From the IMG/VR virus record IMGVR_UViG_3300002133_000084: 64,000 nucleotides of DNA. One strand, 5' to 3'. This document shows, one piece after another, positions 1-10,574 of this stretch. The stretch comes from an uncultured virus (IMG/VR IMGVR_UViG_3300002133_000084) (lineage: Duplodnaviria; Heunggongvirae; Uroviricota; Caudoviricetes). The notes under the pieces were generated by a model. The model was not told the DNA's origin, did no database searches, and worked only from the letters and a program-made list of their open reading frames with translations. The translations under genes and the position numbers were made by a program. Within the stretch, counting starts at the first letter, position 1. The number at the start of each line of letters is the position of its first letter.

Positions 1-354
1 CTTGCGCCCCGTGGTGCGCGATGTCATGATACGCCCATCTTCTATGATCGACGCATCTCCACCGTCGAAACCATAATAAATCAGTGGCTCCACTTTATTG
101 CCGCGATCGTCTTCTCGGTAGTGGTATTTCTCTCCCACTTCAAATCGATCATTTTCTTCATTGGGCTCGCACTGCATAAAGTCCAGGCCAAATATCCCAG
201 ACTCTATGCCCCTATCGGAGAGGACGTCGTCCATGACATCCTCTCCCTCTAGCTCCACCTCGACTATCACCTCATCTTCGTCGTCGTAACACTCCCTAAA
301 TTGGACGATTCTTATATGTGGATTACTCGTCGTCTCCAGCTCGTCGTGTTCCAT
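1..354 (-). CDS. Hypothetical acidic protein, 3' end runs off the window
   Basis: ATG at 354 directly after the RtcB stop; frame (MEHDELETTSNPHIRIVQF...) is open to position 1. Confidence 0.6.
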   Translation of the reverse strand, partial: MEHDELETTSNPHIRIVQFRECYDDEDEVIVEVELEGEDVMDDVLSDRGIESGIFGLDFMQCEPNEENDRFEVGEKYHYREDDRGNKVEPLIYYGFDGGDASIIEDGRIMTSRTTGRK

Positions 355-1752
355 TTAATCTCCGTCGTCTGAATGTCCGCCCATCACAACCGCTACGGGC
401 TTCATCTTTGCCACTACGTCCACCAAGATGCCATCCTGCAAAGCGATGACGCGCTCGATGTCTTTATAGGCTGTGAATGCTTCATCGCCCTCAATGCCGT
501 CATGGAGGATTTGATTATCCTTCATGTGGCGCGAGAAGCGATTGTAGTCGAACTTACTCTTTGAGGCCGTACGCGATTCGTGTCGTCCAGCTCCGTGCGA
601 ACACGAGTAAACAGACGACTCTTCTCCCAGTCCCTCCACCAAATACGAGTTCGTCCCAGATGAGCCCGGTATAATACCAGGAACACCTTTATGCGCTGGT
701 GTTGCCCCCTTGCGGTGGACAACCAAGTCGTTCTCTTCCCACGCAAAGTTGTGGTGATTTTCCAGCACGTCGAACTTTTTACCAGCGGCACTAATCGGAG
801 TTCCGCGATCCACCGGCATCACGTCACACCGCATATCTCTTATGAAGTTTGCGTGTATCAAATGGTGATTGGCCTGTGCGTAGAGCCCCATAAGATTCAT
901 CACCTTCCAATACTCGCGCCCAATGTCTGTATCCATATCCAGCCAGCAATAGGAGGAGGGGACACCGCGCGCGATGCGCCTGGTATAATATTCTGCCGCA
1001 CTGCAGTACTTCTTCGCCATCTTGTAGCCCACGCCACGCGATCCAGAGTGGGTGACAAGACAACTAAACTGATCGCCCTTTTTGAGGGGAATCCAATCCA
1101 CCTCTTTAATGATCTCTCCCACCATTACGTCCGCGAAGTGGTTCCCGCCACCGGAGGTTCCCAGCTGCGAGTGTGCTAAATCCTTCAGGGAATGCAGTGG
1201 CAAGTCCTTGTCATCCCACTCGGGCCGATCCATCACGTCGTGATCTTTACGCTTATCGAACGTCTCAAACCCAAAGCGAGTATTCTTCTTTAGATTTTTA
1301 AACGCCTTGTCGCGCATCTTGCCGTGCATATCACGCCCCGGTATATCCATGATCGTCATACACATACGGCAGGCAATATCCACGCCCACCATGGAAGGGG
1401 AGACGGCATTTTTAAGGGCCGCCACACCGCCAACGGGGAGCGCGTATCCAACTTGTCCGTCGGGCAACACGGCACCCGCTTCGAACACGGGGAGCTTCGC
1501 CGCATTGTCCATCTGGGACATTACGTCGTATGCAAAGTCCAGCCCCGGATCGCCAAACATCGCATAGGGCACCTTCTTGTCGCGCATCTTTAACATCGAT
1601 CGCACGTTAAATTCTCTGCGTACCGTAGACACAATGTCCTCTGGGGCCATGTTGCCGCGCCCCAACTCGGAGGCCCGCCGACAAAGAGCGGGGAAGTTGC
1701 CTACCAGATCTGGCGTAATTCCAGAGTCTCTTATTATCTTATTGGTGTCCAA
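355..1752 (-). CDS. rtcB: RtcB-family RNA ligase (2',3'-cyclic/3'-phosphate to 5'-OH)
   Basis: Motifs VGVDIACRM, GTSGGGNHF, THSGSRGVG, HHNFAW, HRKGAT, SCSHGAGR. Confidence 0.95.
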   Translation of the reverse strand: MDTNKIIRDSGITPDLVGNFPALCRRASELGRGNMAPEDIVSTVRREFNVRSMLKMRDKKVPYAMFGDPGLDFAYDVMSQMDNAAKLPVFEAGAVLPDGQVGYALPVGGVAALKNAVSPSMVGVDIACRMCMTIMDIPGRDMHGKMRDKAFKNLKKNTRFGFETFDKRKDHDVMDRPEWDDKDLPLHSLKDLAHSQLGTSGGGNHFADVMVGEIIKEVDWIPLKKGDQFSCLVTHSGSRGVGYKMAKKYCSAAEYYTRRIARGVPSSYCWLDMDTDIGREYWKVMNLMGLYAQANHHLIHANFIRDMRCDVMPVDRGTPISAAGKKFDVLENHHNFAWEENDLVVHRKGATPAHKGVPGIIPGSSGTNSYLVEGLGEESSVYSCSHGAGRHESRTASKSKFDYNRFSRHMKDNQILHDGIEGDEAFTAYKDIERVIALQDGILVDVVAKMKPVAVVMGGHSDDGD

Positions 1753-1755
1753 TTG

Positions 1756-1929
1756 TCACCTCCTTCTTACGTCTGCTGTATCTACGCTATAGTGAGTACA
1801 CCACCGACGATACGTGTTCGTTGATACGCCGAGCGCCCTTCCGGCGTCTGAGTTTGTTCTATACATACGAGATACTCGCTCAACATCTTTTTTTTCTGGG
1901 CGATTAACCTTCCTCTTTACGCTGGCCAT
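1756..1929 (-). CDS. Small HTH-like DNA-binding protein (57 aa)
   Basis: Hand-translated MASVKRKVNRPEKKDVERVSRMYRTNSDAGRALGVSTNTYRRWCTHY...; AGGAGG RBS upstream; AGRALGVS-TYRRW helix-turn-helix pattern. Confidence 0.65.
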   Translation of the reverse strand: MASVKRKVNRPEKKDVERVSRMYRTNSDAGRALGVSTNTYRRWCTHYSVDTADVRRR

Positions 1930-2041
1930 TCTCTTTCCTCCTAATCCTTTGGGGCGTGCGGATTGGAAACAATGGCAATTGTATACTGCGTGCTCATATT
2001 GCCTCCGTCGTATAAATTATATTATGTGTTCTATGTGGAAT

Positions 2042-2620
2042 CTATTGTATGGACGACTTCCAAGCCCACGTCTGATGATAGCCGCACACGCACCGCAATC
2101 CAGACTCGGTGGGGAAGAGCGTTTTTTGACTACAGCCATCCGTGTCACAGGTATAAGGATGCACATTGGGGTTGGCCTGATGCTCGCGCAGTAAATACAC
2201 CGTACGATCATCAAAGGGGACATGCATCTGCATGGAGTCCTCTGGCGTTCCGCGCACCTGCATCTCGGGCATTAGGGAAACAGAGAATCGATCCTCTTCG
2301 CCACTGGATATTACAATGGGACAGTATAAATGTAGGGCGCCTAATACGCCGGCTTCTTTGAGGGTGAGGGTGCACCTGGCGCTTGTTCCATCCTCCGTTA
2401 GTAGGGGAAGCTCGACTCCCAGCTTGCACATTTTTAGTCCACCGTTCCCCCTAATAGATTCAACGTCAATCCACAAAATTCCATCGTCACAATCCTCTGG
2501 CGTACTTCCAGACTCATCGGCAATGGATGCGCGCTGCGTCTTTATATCGATAAATAACCGATGCCCACTACCCAGCTCTCCAGCAAAGTGCCAATCAACC
2601 TTCTTTTCTTGCTCTTCCAT
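2042..2620 (-). CDS. Hypothetical protein with C-terminal Cys/His cluster
   Basis: Long ORF in gene run; HPYTC..C..C.C motif; start at MEEQEKK assumed. Confidence 0.6.
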   Translation of the reverse strand: MEEQEKKVDWHFAGELGSGHRLFIDIKTQRASIADESGSTPEDCDDGILWIDVESIRGNGGLKMCKLGVELPLLTEDGTSARCTLTLKEAGVLGALHLYCPIVISSGEEDRFSVSLMPEMQVRGTPEDSMQMHVPFDDRTVYLLREHQANPNVHPYTCDTDGCSQKTLFPTESGLRCVCGYHQTWAWKSSIQ

Positions 2621-2755
2621 ATTATCTTCTCGCATTATTTGCCATCCACCCCATGATAGCGGTGAAATTGGACAGGATTGTATTTGCCTCTAATCGCTTG
2701 ATTTTCTTCTTCTGATCTCTGATTCTACCTATCAGCATCATCTTGATTAGGTGCG

Positions 2756-3544
2756 TCACACATGGCTTATCGTCATGCCCGGGGCCACTATATCCAGGAA
2801 GGCTTTATTGAGTAGCCTCTCGTCGATCGTCTTTTCATTGGGCAATCCTCTATACTTGTCCTCTACATGACAGAGCGCCCCCAATATCCACCCATCGAGC
2901 GCTGGAATTTTGGGTTCCACATCCAACTCTTCGCCGGCCATCTTCTTTTCCAGTAGATCATCGAAGGCTTTCCTGGCCCTTCCATACATCAGATCCAACA
3001 TTTCATGCACCACAACCGGTGGGGGAGACTCGAACTCATTCTTCTCCATGTGAAGGACGCACAGCAGGGCGCGAATAACGTACAGGTATCGCTTGTGCTG
3101 CACCTCATCTCCCTGTAGGTAATCGCGGAAATTGTCCTTAGCCATCGATCGATAGTGGTGCACCATCGTCGCCGGATTAAAAAACATCTCCGATGCGTTC
3201 TGGAGGTATGCGTGATTGGACGTCGTCACATAGGTGATGGGGGAGCGCATCCACTCGTATAAGGCTGGATTACATTTGCCCATCAAGTGAAGTGCTTTTC
3301 GTATGTCCCAACCTTCGAGATCTAACACCTCGCCACGATCTTCTATCACGTCGGGGAATTGCTCTTTATCACCATTCACCTGGAGGTAGTATCCCAGGCG
3401 CCGCTTGAATATGAAGCGCACATCGTAATCTGAGTTTTTCGACTCAAATCCCCAGGCGCGACTCCCGGATTCTATGGCGAAGAGAACCTTTACATTATAT
3501 TTGTCCTCCATGTCGAACAATCTATCCAGTATCTTATGCCTCAT
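2756..3544 (-). CDS. Predicted nucleotidyltransferase (YcgL/RlaP-like Nuc-transf family)
   Basis: LFAIESGSRAWGFESKNSDYDVRFI motif; GWDIRKAL; NPALYEWMRSP. Confidence 0.9.
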   Translation of the reverse strand: MRHKILDRLFDMEDKYNVKVLFAIESGSRAWGFESKNSDYDVRFIFKRRLGYYLQVNGDKEQFPDVIEDRGEVLDLEGWDIRKALHLMGKCNPALYEWMRSPITYVTTSNHAYLQNASEMFFNPATMVHHYRSMAKDNFRDYLQGDEVQHKRYLYVIRALLCVLHMEKNEFESPPPVVVHEMLDLMYGRARKAFDDLLEKKMAGEELDVEPKIPALDGWILGALCHVEDKYRGLPNEKTIDERLLNKAFLDIVAPGMTISHV

Positions 3545-3583
3545 TTCTTAGCCTCTCTAACTATTTTATTGTATTCTCCCGAC

Positions 3584-3946
3584 TTATCCGACATGCTTCA
3601 ATCTCCCATAGGCGTCATCCGCCGAAACTTCGCGCGCGCCAGCCGCCTCTGCGGCAATGGATTTAATTTGCTCTTCCAGATCTTCCGTAATGTCAATGTT
3701 GTGATTGGCGTCATACTCGGCCTCTAGCTCCGACGCCCCTTCGCCAAGATATCCACCGGTGTCTTTTTCGTGCACCGAGAAAACGCCATCGGGCCGCTTG
3801 CATATAAAGCCGCTTATATTCCTGCGCAGTAAAACTTCTACGCCCTCCACCTCATAGTGTACCCACTGATTTACCGGGCCACCCATCGTGAAGGGCTCAT
3901 AGAATTGGCATAGTGCCTTGAATGTTCTGGTGTGGACAGCTTCCAT
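3584..3946 (-). CDS. Hypothetical protein
   Basis: ORF with GGAGG RBS, tightly packed in gene run. Confidence 0.6.
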   Translation of the reverse strand: MEAVHTRTFKALCQFYEPFTMGGPVNQWVHYEVEGVEVLLRRNISGFICKRPDGVFSVHEKDTGGYLGEGASELEAEYDANHNIDITEDLEEQIKSIAAEAAGAREVSADDAYGRLKHVG

Positions 3947-4612
3947 TTATTCCTCCTTTTCTACGGTGCCATATTTCAAGGCGTCCATGGCGAAATACTG
4001 ATCATCATAATTACCATCATTTAGCGTCGTAAACGCCTTCCTCCCCGAGCTACCCTCCAGGCGCTCATCTTGCCTTCTTAGCATGCCAGCAAGGTGTCGA
4101 ATGGCCTCCGCTTGCGATTTGAAAGAGGAGTTGAATTCCATGGAATGGAGTGCACTGCGAAGGGCCGTCCTGGCGATATTTAATTCGCGCATTAGATCTG
4201 GCTCACCGGGAGGTGGGGAATCACTTTCCTTAATGGCTTTTGATACATCCTCCTTCATCTGTCGAACCATGGCCATTTGTCCGCCCTGAGGCAATTTATC
4301 CATGCTCTCCAGATCGGACTGCACTTGCTCTAATGCCTTCCTCAGATCGTCTGCCATATTAAATGTTCCCTCTTCCGTCATGCCCCCAAGTGCTCGCTCT
4401 ATCATCTCGCAGCGCTGATCTACTGCAGATATCAAGTCGGTTAAGGCTATTTCGTCTGGCTCTCGGATGGTGGAGTTATTAGCGGCGTGGAAGTCGATGC
4501 GCCTATTGATCTCGGCTAGTTTTTCATCTGTTTCATCCCACCAAGACTTCATGTGTCCCTCATAGATGTCGTTGAAACGTGGACGGTGAGTGTTATTTTT
4601 GACATCTGGCAT
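3947..4612 (-). CDS. Hypothetical coiled-coil protein
   Basis: 221 aa ORF with AGGAGG RBS. Confidence 0.65.
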   Translation of the reverse strand: MPDVKNNTHRPRFNDIYEGHMKSWWDETDEKLAEINRRIDFHAANNSTIREPDEIALTDLISAVDQRCEMIERALGGMTEEGTFNMADDLRKALEQVQSDLESMDKLPQGGQMAMVRQMKEDVSKAIKESDSPPPGEPDLMRELNIARTALRSALHSMEFNSSFKSQAEAIRHLAGMLRRQDERLEGSSGRKAFTTLNDGNYDDQYFAMDALKYGTVEKEE

Positions 4613-4990
4613 ACCCTCCTTATTGGGCGTTATAAATAATATCTAACTATCGATAATTCCCCTTATAGGGAGTTAAGTATATGTTTTTACTTAACTTATA
4701 ATACTATGTATTTTCATTATCAACCTCGTGCAGCTCTAAGCGATACTTCTTGCCGCTAGTGCTTTGTATTATGGATCCACTTTTAAATTTGCCGATCGTG
4801 GAAATCCAATGGCCACATAGATCATTGTCATTCACTAGGCCGGTAAGATTGCCGCCCTCGAAGTCATTATTTACTCTCAATCCCTGCGATTTGGCCCATG
4901 ATTTTTTGGCTGATACTTTAGTATCTTTGACAATGAGAACGGCCGCGTCTGCACAAGGTACATCGTGGAGTAATACCGCCAGCTCTTTCA

Positions 4991-5197
4991 TTACACCTCT
5001 CCATCCATATGGGCGCTCAGTCCCATCCATTCTATCTTATTAACATTAACGTCCACCGGTACAAGGCTGCAGTTTAATACGAGCACTTCACTGCGCACGC
5101 GCCCATCCCGATATTTTATATCCACCTTTTGGTAGCCCATGCCATGCTTTGGTAGGCACCTTAGCTTTTTAACCCATTCCTCGGGTAGTTCTTTCAT
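4991..5197 (-). CDS. Small hypothetical phage protein
   Basis: GAGGAG RBS; LP.HGMGYQKVDI...G pattern. Confidence 0.6.
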   Translation of the reverse strand: MKELPEEWVKKLRCLPKHGMGYQKVDIKYRDGRVRSEVLVLNCSLVPVDVNVNKIEWMGLSAHMDGEV

Positions 5198-6040
5198 TTA
5201 TACTCCTCATGGCATATTGTGTAGGCTTAGAATCCTATTGCCATTCTTTGATTCGAAGTTAATGATCACAGGCTCGTCATCATCAAAATCATCCGGACGA
5301 ATCATGTGATTGCCAATTCGATAGATACCCGGCTCATCTTCATCTTCTATCGGCAAGGCCGTATCTACTTCATGCAGCTGCATATCCTCATAGATAGCAT
5401 TGTATACTATTTCTATTAGTGTTACTACATAGACGAGGGCTATCATGACTGCTAAAACGATAATGGCAAGCCCGGCCTCCATCACCTTAAAAGCTAAAAA
5501 TGTCAGTATGGTGTCCATGGCACTCCTATTTAGATAAGGTGATCCGCCTTTGCGCGCGCTTCATTTCCCTATGCTGTCGACGCAGCTCATGAAGCACGAT
5601 CATATCGTCATGAGAGTGAGGAAGATTCTTCTTTCCCGCATCGAGGAGCTTGCCCTATGCCCCCTCTACCTTTTTGAGCCATAGAGTCAGATCCCTAAAT
5701 ACTGAATAGAGCGCGCACCCCGCGGTGCGCACAGGGCAAAACAGTATGGCTCTAAGCAATAATTTCCGCTCCAGCTTGCGTATCTCGCCTCCCACGAAGT
5801 CTATGTGTTCTTGCCCTGTCTCTTCCTCATTAATCATCTTCTTCGTCTCCCAGATAGGGATCACATTCCATTTCATCTACCGCCACATCCAGCACCTCTG
5901 CGTCGACGAGTCCGAAATTAAACCCCTCTATCATTCCATCTGTGGGAAGTGATCCAGCTATAAAATTCCTAGCCACCCCAAGAGCAGTAGATTGATCTTC
6001 GGCTCCAACTTCAACAACGATACCAACCGATATATATACC

Positions 6041-6553
6041 CTATGCTTTTCCACTCCATCTCTCCCCGAAATATTTAATTGCCTGGATCTCGTTCATATC
6101 CCAATCCCTCTTATATATGCGCTTGGTGAGCTGCCATATAATCCCCTTGCTGACAAATGCCAACGCGGCCCACTTCCAGTAGTATTCTCCCGTATCGATA
6201 TATTTGACGCACAGGTATATGGCCGACGGGTAATGCGACGGAAACGATCCGATCAGATGCCACCAGTCTGTCCATAGCACTGGCTTTCTGATACGTGGAT
6301 CTGTCCAATAGGTGAAGGCTATTAGGTGTCCCAAGATGGCTGGAATTCCAATCCACAGCGGGACAAAGACAAACGACATAGCGGCGGCGCCAAAGAGCAT
6401 GCCCATAAACAGCGCGCCATCTAACCGGGGATACTTGGGCTTCTCCCAGAACCGCCCATAGGAGGAGTGATAGCTCACCACTAAAAATTCCATGAGCAGT
6501 ATGGCGAGGACGGCTTGTAGTTCCGTTAATTCAATCACACTTACTGCCTCCAT
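6041..6553 (-). CDS. Hypothetical membrane protein
   Basis: Several hydrophobic segments. Confidence 0.6.
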   Translation of the reverse strand: MEAVSVIELTELQAVLAILLMEFLVVSYHSSYGRFWEKPKYPRLDGALFMGMLFGAAAMSFVFVPLWIGIPAILGHLIAFTYWTDPRIRKPVLWTDWWHLIGSFPSHYPSAIYLCVKYIDTGEYYWKWAALAFVSKGIIWQLTKRIYKRDWDMNEIQAIKYFGERWSGKA

Positions 6554-6994
6554 CCCAATAAGTTTTTAGAATCCAGTGCAGCCAATAAACTCTCTAGCGC
6601 TGCAATACGATTATCCTGCGCCTGCAGCCGCGCGCGCAATATGGCCATGTAATCAGGCTCTTTAACTATGACTGCATCGCCGCCCATCATGCGCCTTCTC
6701 CTGTCGTCCTCCGACTCGATCTGCTCCAATCCAATCTTGCCGTTGGCAAAATCCATAAGCAATTGAATCTGCTCATCAGTTAATCCTGGATCACTCATGC
6801 CGCCTTCTCTCTCTCCAGAAGATCATCCTGCTGTATAAAGCTCCTGATCTTCTCTTTTGTCTCTTCACAGGAAGTGCTCTCGCGAAGATTATTTAGAAAA
6901 TCCCACACCCTGCTCATCTGCTGATTGCGAGCCAGCTCCACCCTCTCTAGTCGGTTAACCTCTCGAGTCAATCTCGCCGCATCTACTTTTGCCA

Positions 6995-7393
6995 CTACGC
7001 CGCCTCCCTATCTTTAGTGTTCACTGTGATAATCATCTTGTCTTTAACCACCAGCGTATGATCTCCACAGGGAAAGTTTCCAGCCCCTAACTCTTCTATG
7101 TGATCCCGTGTTTTATCGGGCAGAATCTCCCGCTCAATCTGTGCCAGATCGACTCCCTTCACCCGCTCCAGGTAGCGCAGTATAGCATGCTCCGTAACCT
7201 GCACCCCCTTATCGTTGATGATGGCGTCCACCTGCCTCTTGAGTCCATTGGATACGCGCACCTTAGCATCCCTCTCGCGGGTTAAATTGTTAATCTGATC
7301 TGTCAACTCGGCCGCCTGCCCATCTAGGCTTTTTATTCTTATCTGTAGCCCTTTCAATTGCGCGGAGTTTCTTTTATCTGACATGTTATCCAA
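6995..7393 (-). CDS. Hypothetical protein (coiled coil plus VTEHAILRYLER domain)
   Basis: 132 aa ORF, AGGAG RBS. Confidence 0.6.
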   Translation of the reverse strand: MDNMSDKRNSAQLKGLQIRIKSLDGQAAELTDQINNLTRERDAKVRVSNGLKRQVDAIINDKGVQVTEHAILRYLERVKGVDLAQIEREILPDKTRDHIEELGAGNFPCGDHTLVVKDKMIITVNTKDREAA

Positions 7394-7450
7394 CTCCTTC
7401 TTTTATTTTATAAATGTCTATATGAGTCTACATTTCATAATATGCCCCTC

Positions 7451-9436
7451 CTATTCCGGGGGTATATATAGGGTGGCTATCACCCCACTTCTATCATCTC
7501 TATTGCGAATCTCTAACCTCCCGCCATGTGAATTAGCGATATTTTTAGAGAACGCCAAGCCGAAGCCCCTGCCCGTCTTGCCCTTAGTAGAAAACAGTGG
7601 ATCAAATATATCCTTCAGCTTGTCGGGATCAATCCCGGGCCCATTGTCCATAACCTCTATGGCCACGTAACGGATCTCTCCAGTGGACACCTCTCTAGTA
7701 GAGATATGTATCTCCGGTTCATACCTCACGCCTCTTAGCGCGTCCCTACTATTGTGTATCAGATTCAGCAGTAAAGACTTTACCTGTTTGACGTTGGCGT
7801 TAACTGTAGTGCATTTGGCGCATATAGATGCATGAATTTTACAGGGGAAATAGTCCGTATCCATTTCAGACATTCTCAAGGCGGCATCCACCACATCATT
7901 TACATCAATGGATTCCTTGGGAGCATTAGAATCGCCACCCGAAAAGGATAGTAGTTCATCTATATATCGCCTACTGCTCTCCACGGACTTCTCTATATTC
8001 GATAATACCTCCATTGCGTCATCTTCCACTCCACGCTGAATCATCATCCTCGCTATCCCCACGTTCATCCCGATAGATTGAATGGGACGAGAAAGCTCGT
8101 GAGCAATAGATCCAGCCATGTAGCCCAGCGAGATGAGATTCGTTCTTTGCCGATCGATCCGCTCAGACTCCACCTGAGCGTCAATATCAACAATGGATAC
8201 GGCAAAAGCTCCAGGCTCTAGTTGCCTGGGTGCCATATTAACCGTTATCTCTACCCAAAACTCTTGACGCCCACCGCGCTTCATATTCCACCTAAATCGG
8301 CGCCCGCTTTTTATATGTGTAGAAACGAAATTGTCCTCCACATCCAATAGGGTACTCAGGGACACCATATCACTGGATAGTACACCAAATAAATTTTCAG
8401 ATGCCCTATTGGCCATCACTACACTCATATCCCCCCTGACTATAAGCACAGCCTGCGAGGGTAAATCAAAGAGGGATTTATATGCCGCATGAGAGTCTGT
8501 TATGCTCTCATCTCTTTCCCGTATCTCTGTCTCCAATTTTTCCACGCTAGCAAAATAAAGAGACTTGTGGTAGGCATCTGATATGGCATCGGCAAACCTT
8601 TCCATTATATCTAAGTCCGTATCGGAAAAGGCGCCCTCCTCCTCATGATTAAAGGCTATGGTTCCATGGGAGAATGGGATGTCTACCACCGATCCTACGG
8701 TGCGCTTGGATCCGGGTAGATTTACCATATCGCTCCAGTCATCGATCTCTCGATAGCTTTTGCGATATATAACCTTCTGCCCAACCATACATTCCATCAG
8801 GGCGCGAGGTATCCCTTTATTTAGCATGCCAGCCTGGCGAAATCCTCCATACGCATCAAAAGAGACAAAAGACTCCGACTTCAAGTCTACTATCTGCACG
8901 CCCGCGCCGCGCGCGCACACAATAGGACAGACTAGACTTCCAATTAATACCGCTACATTAGCCCAATCTTCTGGGCTTTTCATATTAGTGGCCGCGGCCC
9001 TCATCTCGCCAAGGGCCTTATTTATCTCACCGATAGCCCCTAACTTGATCTCATCTTCTATATTTCTAAAGATGCCTATAGCTATGTCGGTATCTTCTAT
9101 CCTGCGAAATGTGATGCGGCACGCGCTGTGCGTTTTATTCAGCCGCAAGATTCCCCATTCACGCCTATAAAAGCCTAAATAATTCAGAGCGGAGTAGCAC
9201 TCCAACAGCATATCACTTAATGGACTCTCTTTATATGTGTAAGATAAAATAGATGACACGTCGGGGCAGTGAATCAATTTACTGGATCCCACCCCCAGCA
9301 TAGATGCCATCGTAGAGTTGATGCGCATAATGCTAGAGTCTCCACCGGCTAACGAGAACTTAAACGTAATCATCCCATCTTCTAAAGACTCAAACAATAT
9401 GTCATTTAGCGTGTTTCCAGTTTTTATATCTGACAT
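7451..9436 (-). CDS. Sensor histidine kinase with GAF/PAS-like input regions
   Basis: H-box IAHELSRPI, N-box NLIHNSRDA, G1 DNGPGI, F DPLFSTK, G2 GRGFGL; GAF-like SVVDIPFSHGTIAFN. Confidence 0.9.
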   Translation of the reverse strand: MSDIKTGNTLNDILFESLEDGMITFKFSLAGGDSSIMRINSTMASMLGVGSSKLIHCPDVSSILSYTYKESPLSDMLLECYSALNYLGFYRREWGILRLNKTHSACRITFRRIEDTDIAIGIFRNIEDEIKLGAIGEINKALGEMRAAATNMKSPEDWANVAVLIGSLVCPIVCARGAGVQIVDLKSESFVSFDAYGGFRQAGMLNKGIPRALMECMVGQKVIYRKSYREIDDWSDMVNLPGSKRTVGSVVDIPFSHGTIAFNHEEEGAFSDTDLDIMERFADAISDAYHKSLYFASVEKLETEIRERDESITDSHAAYKSLFDLPSQAVLIVRGDMSVVMANRASENLFGVLSSDMVSLSTLLDVEDNFVSTHIKSGRRFRWNMKRGGRQEFWVEITVNMAPRQLEPGAFAVSIVDIDAQVESERIDRQRTNLISLGYMAGSIAHELSRPIQSIGMNVGIARMMIQRGVEDDAMEVLSNIEKSVESSRRYIDELLSFSGGDSNAPKESIDVNDVVDAALRMSEMDTDYFPCKIHASICAKCTTVNANVKQVKSLLLNLIHNSRDALRGVRYEPEIHISTREVSTGEIRYVAIEVMDNGPGIDPDKLKDIFDPLFSTKGKTGRGFGLAFSKNIANSHGGRLEIRNRDDRSGVIATLYIPPE

Positions 9437-9826
9437 CCCTTATTCCTATGGAGAATATTCAGGCCAGCGATCCTCGATGCAGGCCTCAAACTGACTTATC
9501 TCTACACAGCACTTTAGATCAGTGCCATCATAATCAAAGTGTATGCTCCCATTGTGTGAGCCAGAAAGCATAGATAGTATATTTTCCGCATCCTCGCGCG
9601 TAAGCAATACGGTGCGCGGATAAGGATCTACTGCGTTGATTGCAATAACGGGCACAGCAATCAAATCGGGGCAATCTCCTCCCATGATCTTATGGATCTC
9701 CTGCATATTCTCCAGCGCCCTGATTTCGGCTCGCTTTTCTTCTAGCGTCGCCCGAGCGCCCTTTCTGTCAATAATGAAATAAGTGGCCCACGCCGCCAAT
9801 CCCATTATGAAATGTATAGCCTTCAT

Positions 9827-10153
9827 CTACCCCTCCTTATGAAATATGCGCGCCATAGACAATAAGACTCGACGATCCCTCTCCGCTAGCCCCATAAACA
9901 ACTTCATCATCTCCCTGTCTTCTGGGGACACACTATCATTATTTGCATTGTATCCCACTAGATAATCCACGCTCACCCCCAAAGTGGAGGCAATGCGACA
10001 AGCGTCATGGGGACGCACCACGTCCACCCTCCCCCGCTCCATGCGGGAAAGGGTGGGCTGCGTGATGCCAGTTAATGTACAAAACTCTATCTGAGTTAAA
10101 TCCATAGACAGTCTTCGCTCGCGCAGCCGACTGCCAAACGTAGCCTTAGCCAA
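9827..10153 (-). CDS. XRE-family HTH transcriptional regulator
   Basis: FGSRLRERRLSMDLTQIEF...ITQPTLSRMERG...IASTLGVSVDYLVG; likely TTG start at 10153 after GGAGG. Confidence 0.85.
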   Translation of the reverse strand: MAKATFGSRLRERRLSMDLTQIEFCTLTGITQPTLSRMERGRVDVVRPHDACRIASTLGVSVDYLVGYNANNDSVSPEDREMMKLFMGLAERDRRVLLSMARIFHKEG

Positions 10154-10574
10154 GTTCGCCCACCTCCACGTAAAGCCCAACCTCTTTTGCCGCCTTGAGC
10201 CATGATACGATAACACGGCCCACCATCGTATCTTCCAGTAGATCAGAGTTGCGGTGCCACTGATCAGATAGCAGGGCCCAGTTAATGCCGGCCAAAATAG
10301 CCAACATATCCACCGTACCATCCCCCTCCTCATCGTCACCCCACTTTCCAGCCCAGCCCGATAGGTTCTCGCACAGGCGAATCAATCCCATGTCACGGCA
10401 GATAAGTTCTTTCTCTAAATACTCAGACTCCCACTCCAGCTCAGAGGAATTAATAGGCATCGTCGCTTCATATAGAGCGCGCTGCACATCCTCATCTTCT
10501 AACTTGGCATGCCACTTCGCCCGCGCGTCGGGCGGCGTTCGCTTGCTCATGGCTAGCTCATCTCGAAAGCTCAT
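10146..10574 (-). CDS. Hypothetical protein
   Basis: ATGA-coupled to upstream gene. Confidence 0.55.
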   Translation of the reverse strand: MSFRDELAMSKRTPPDARAKWHAKLEDEDVQRALYEATMPINSSELEWESEYLEKELICRDMGLIRLCENLSGWAGKWGDDEEGDGTVDMLAILAGINWALLSDQWHRNSDLLEDTMVGRVIVSWLKAAKEVGLYVEVGELG

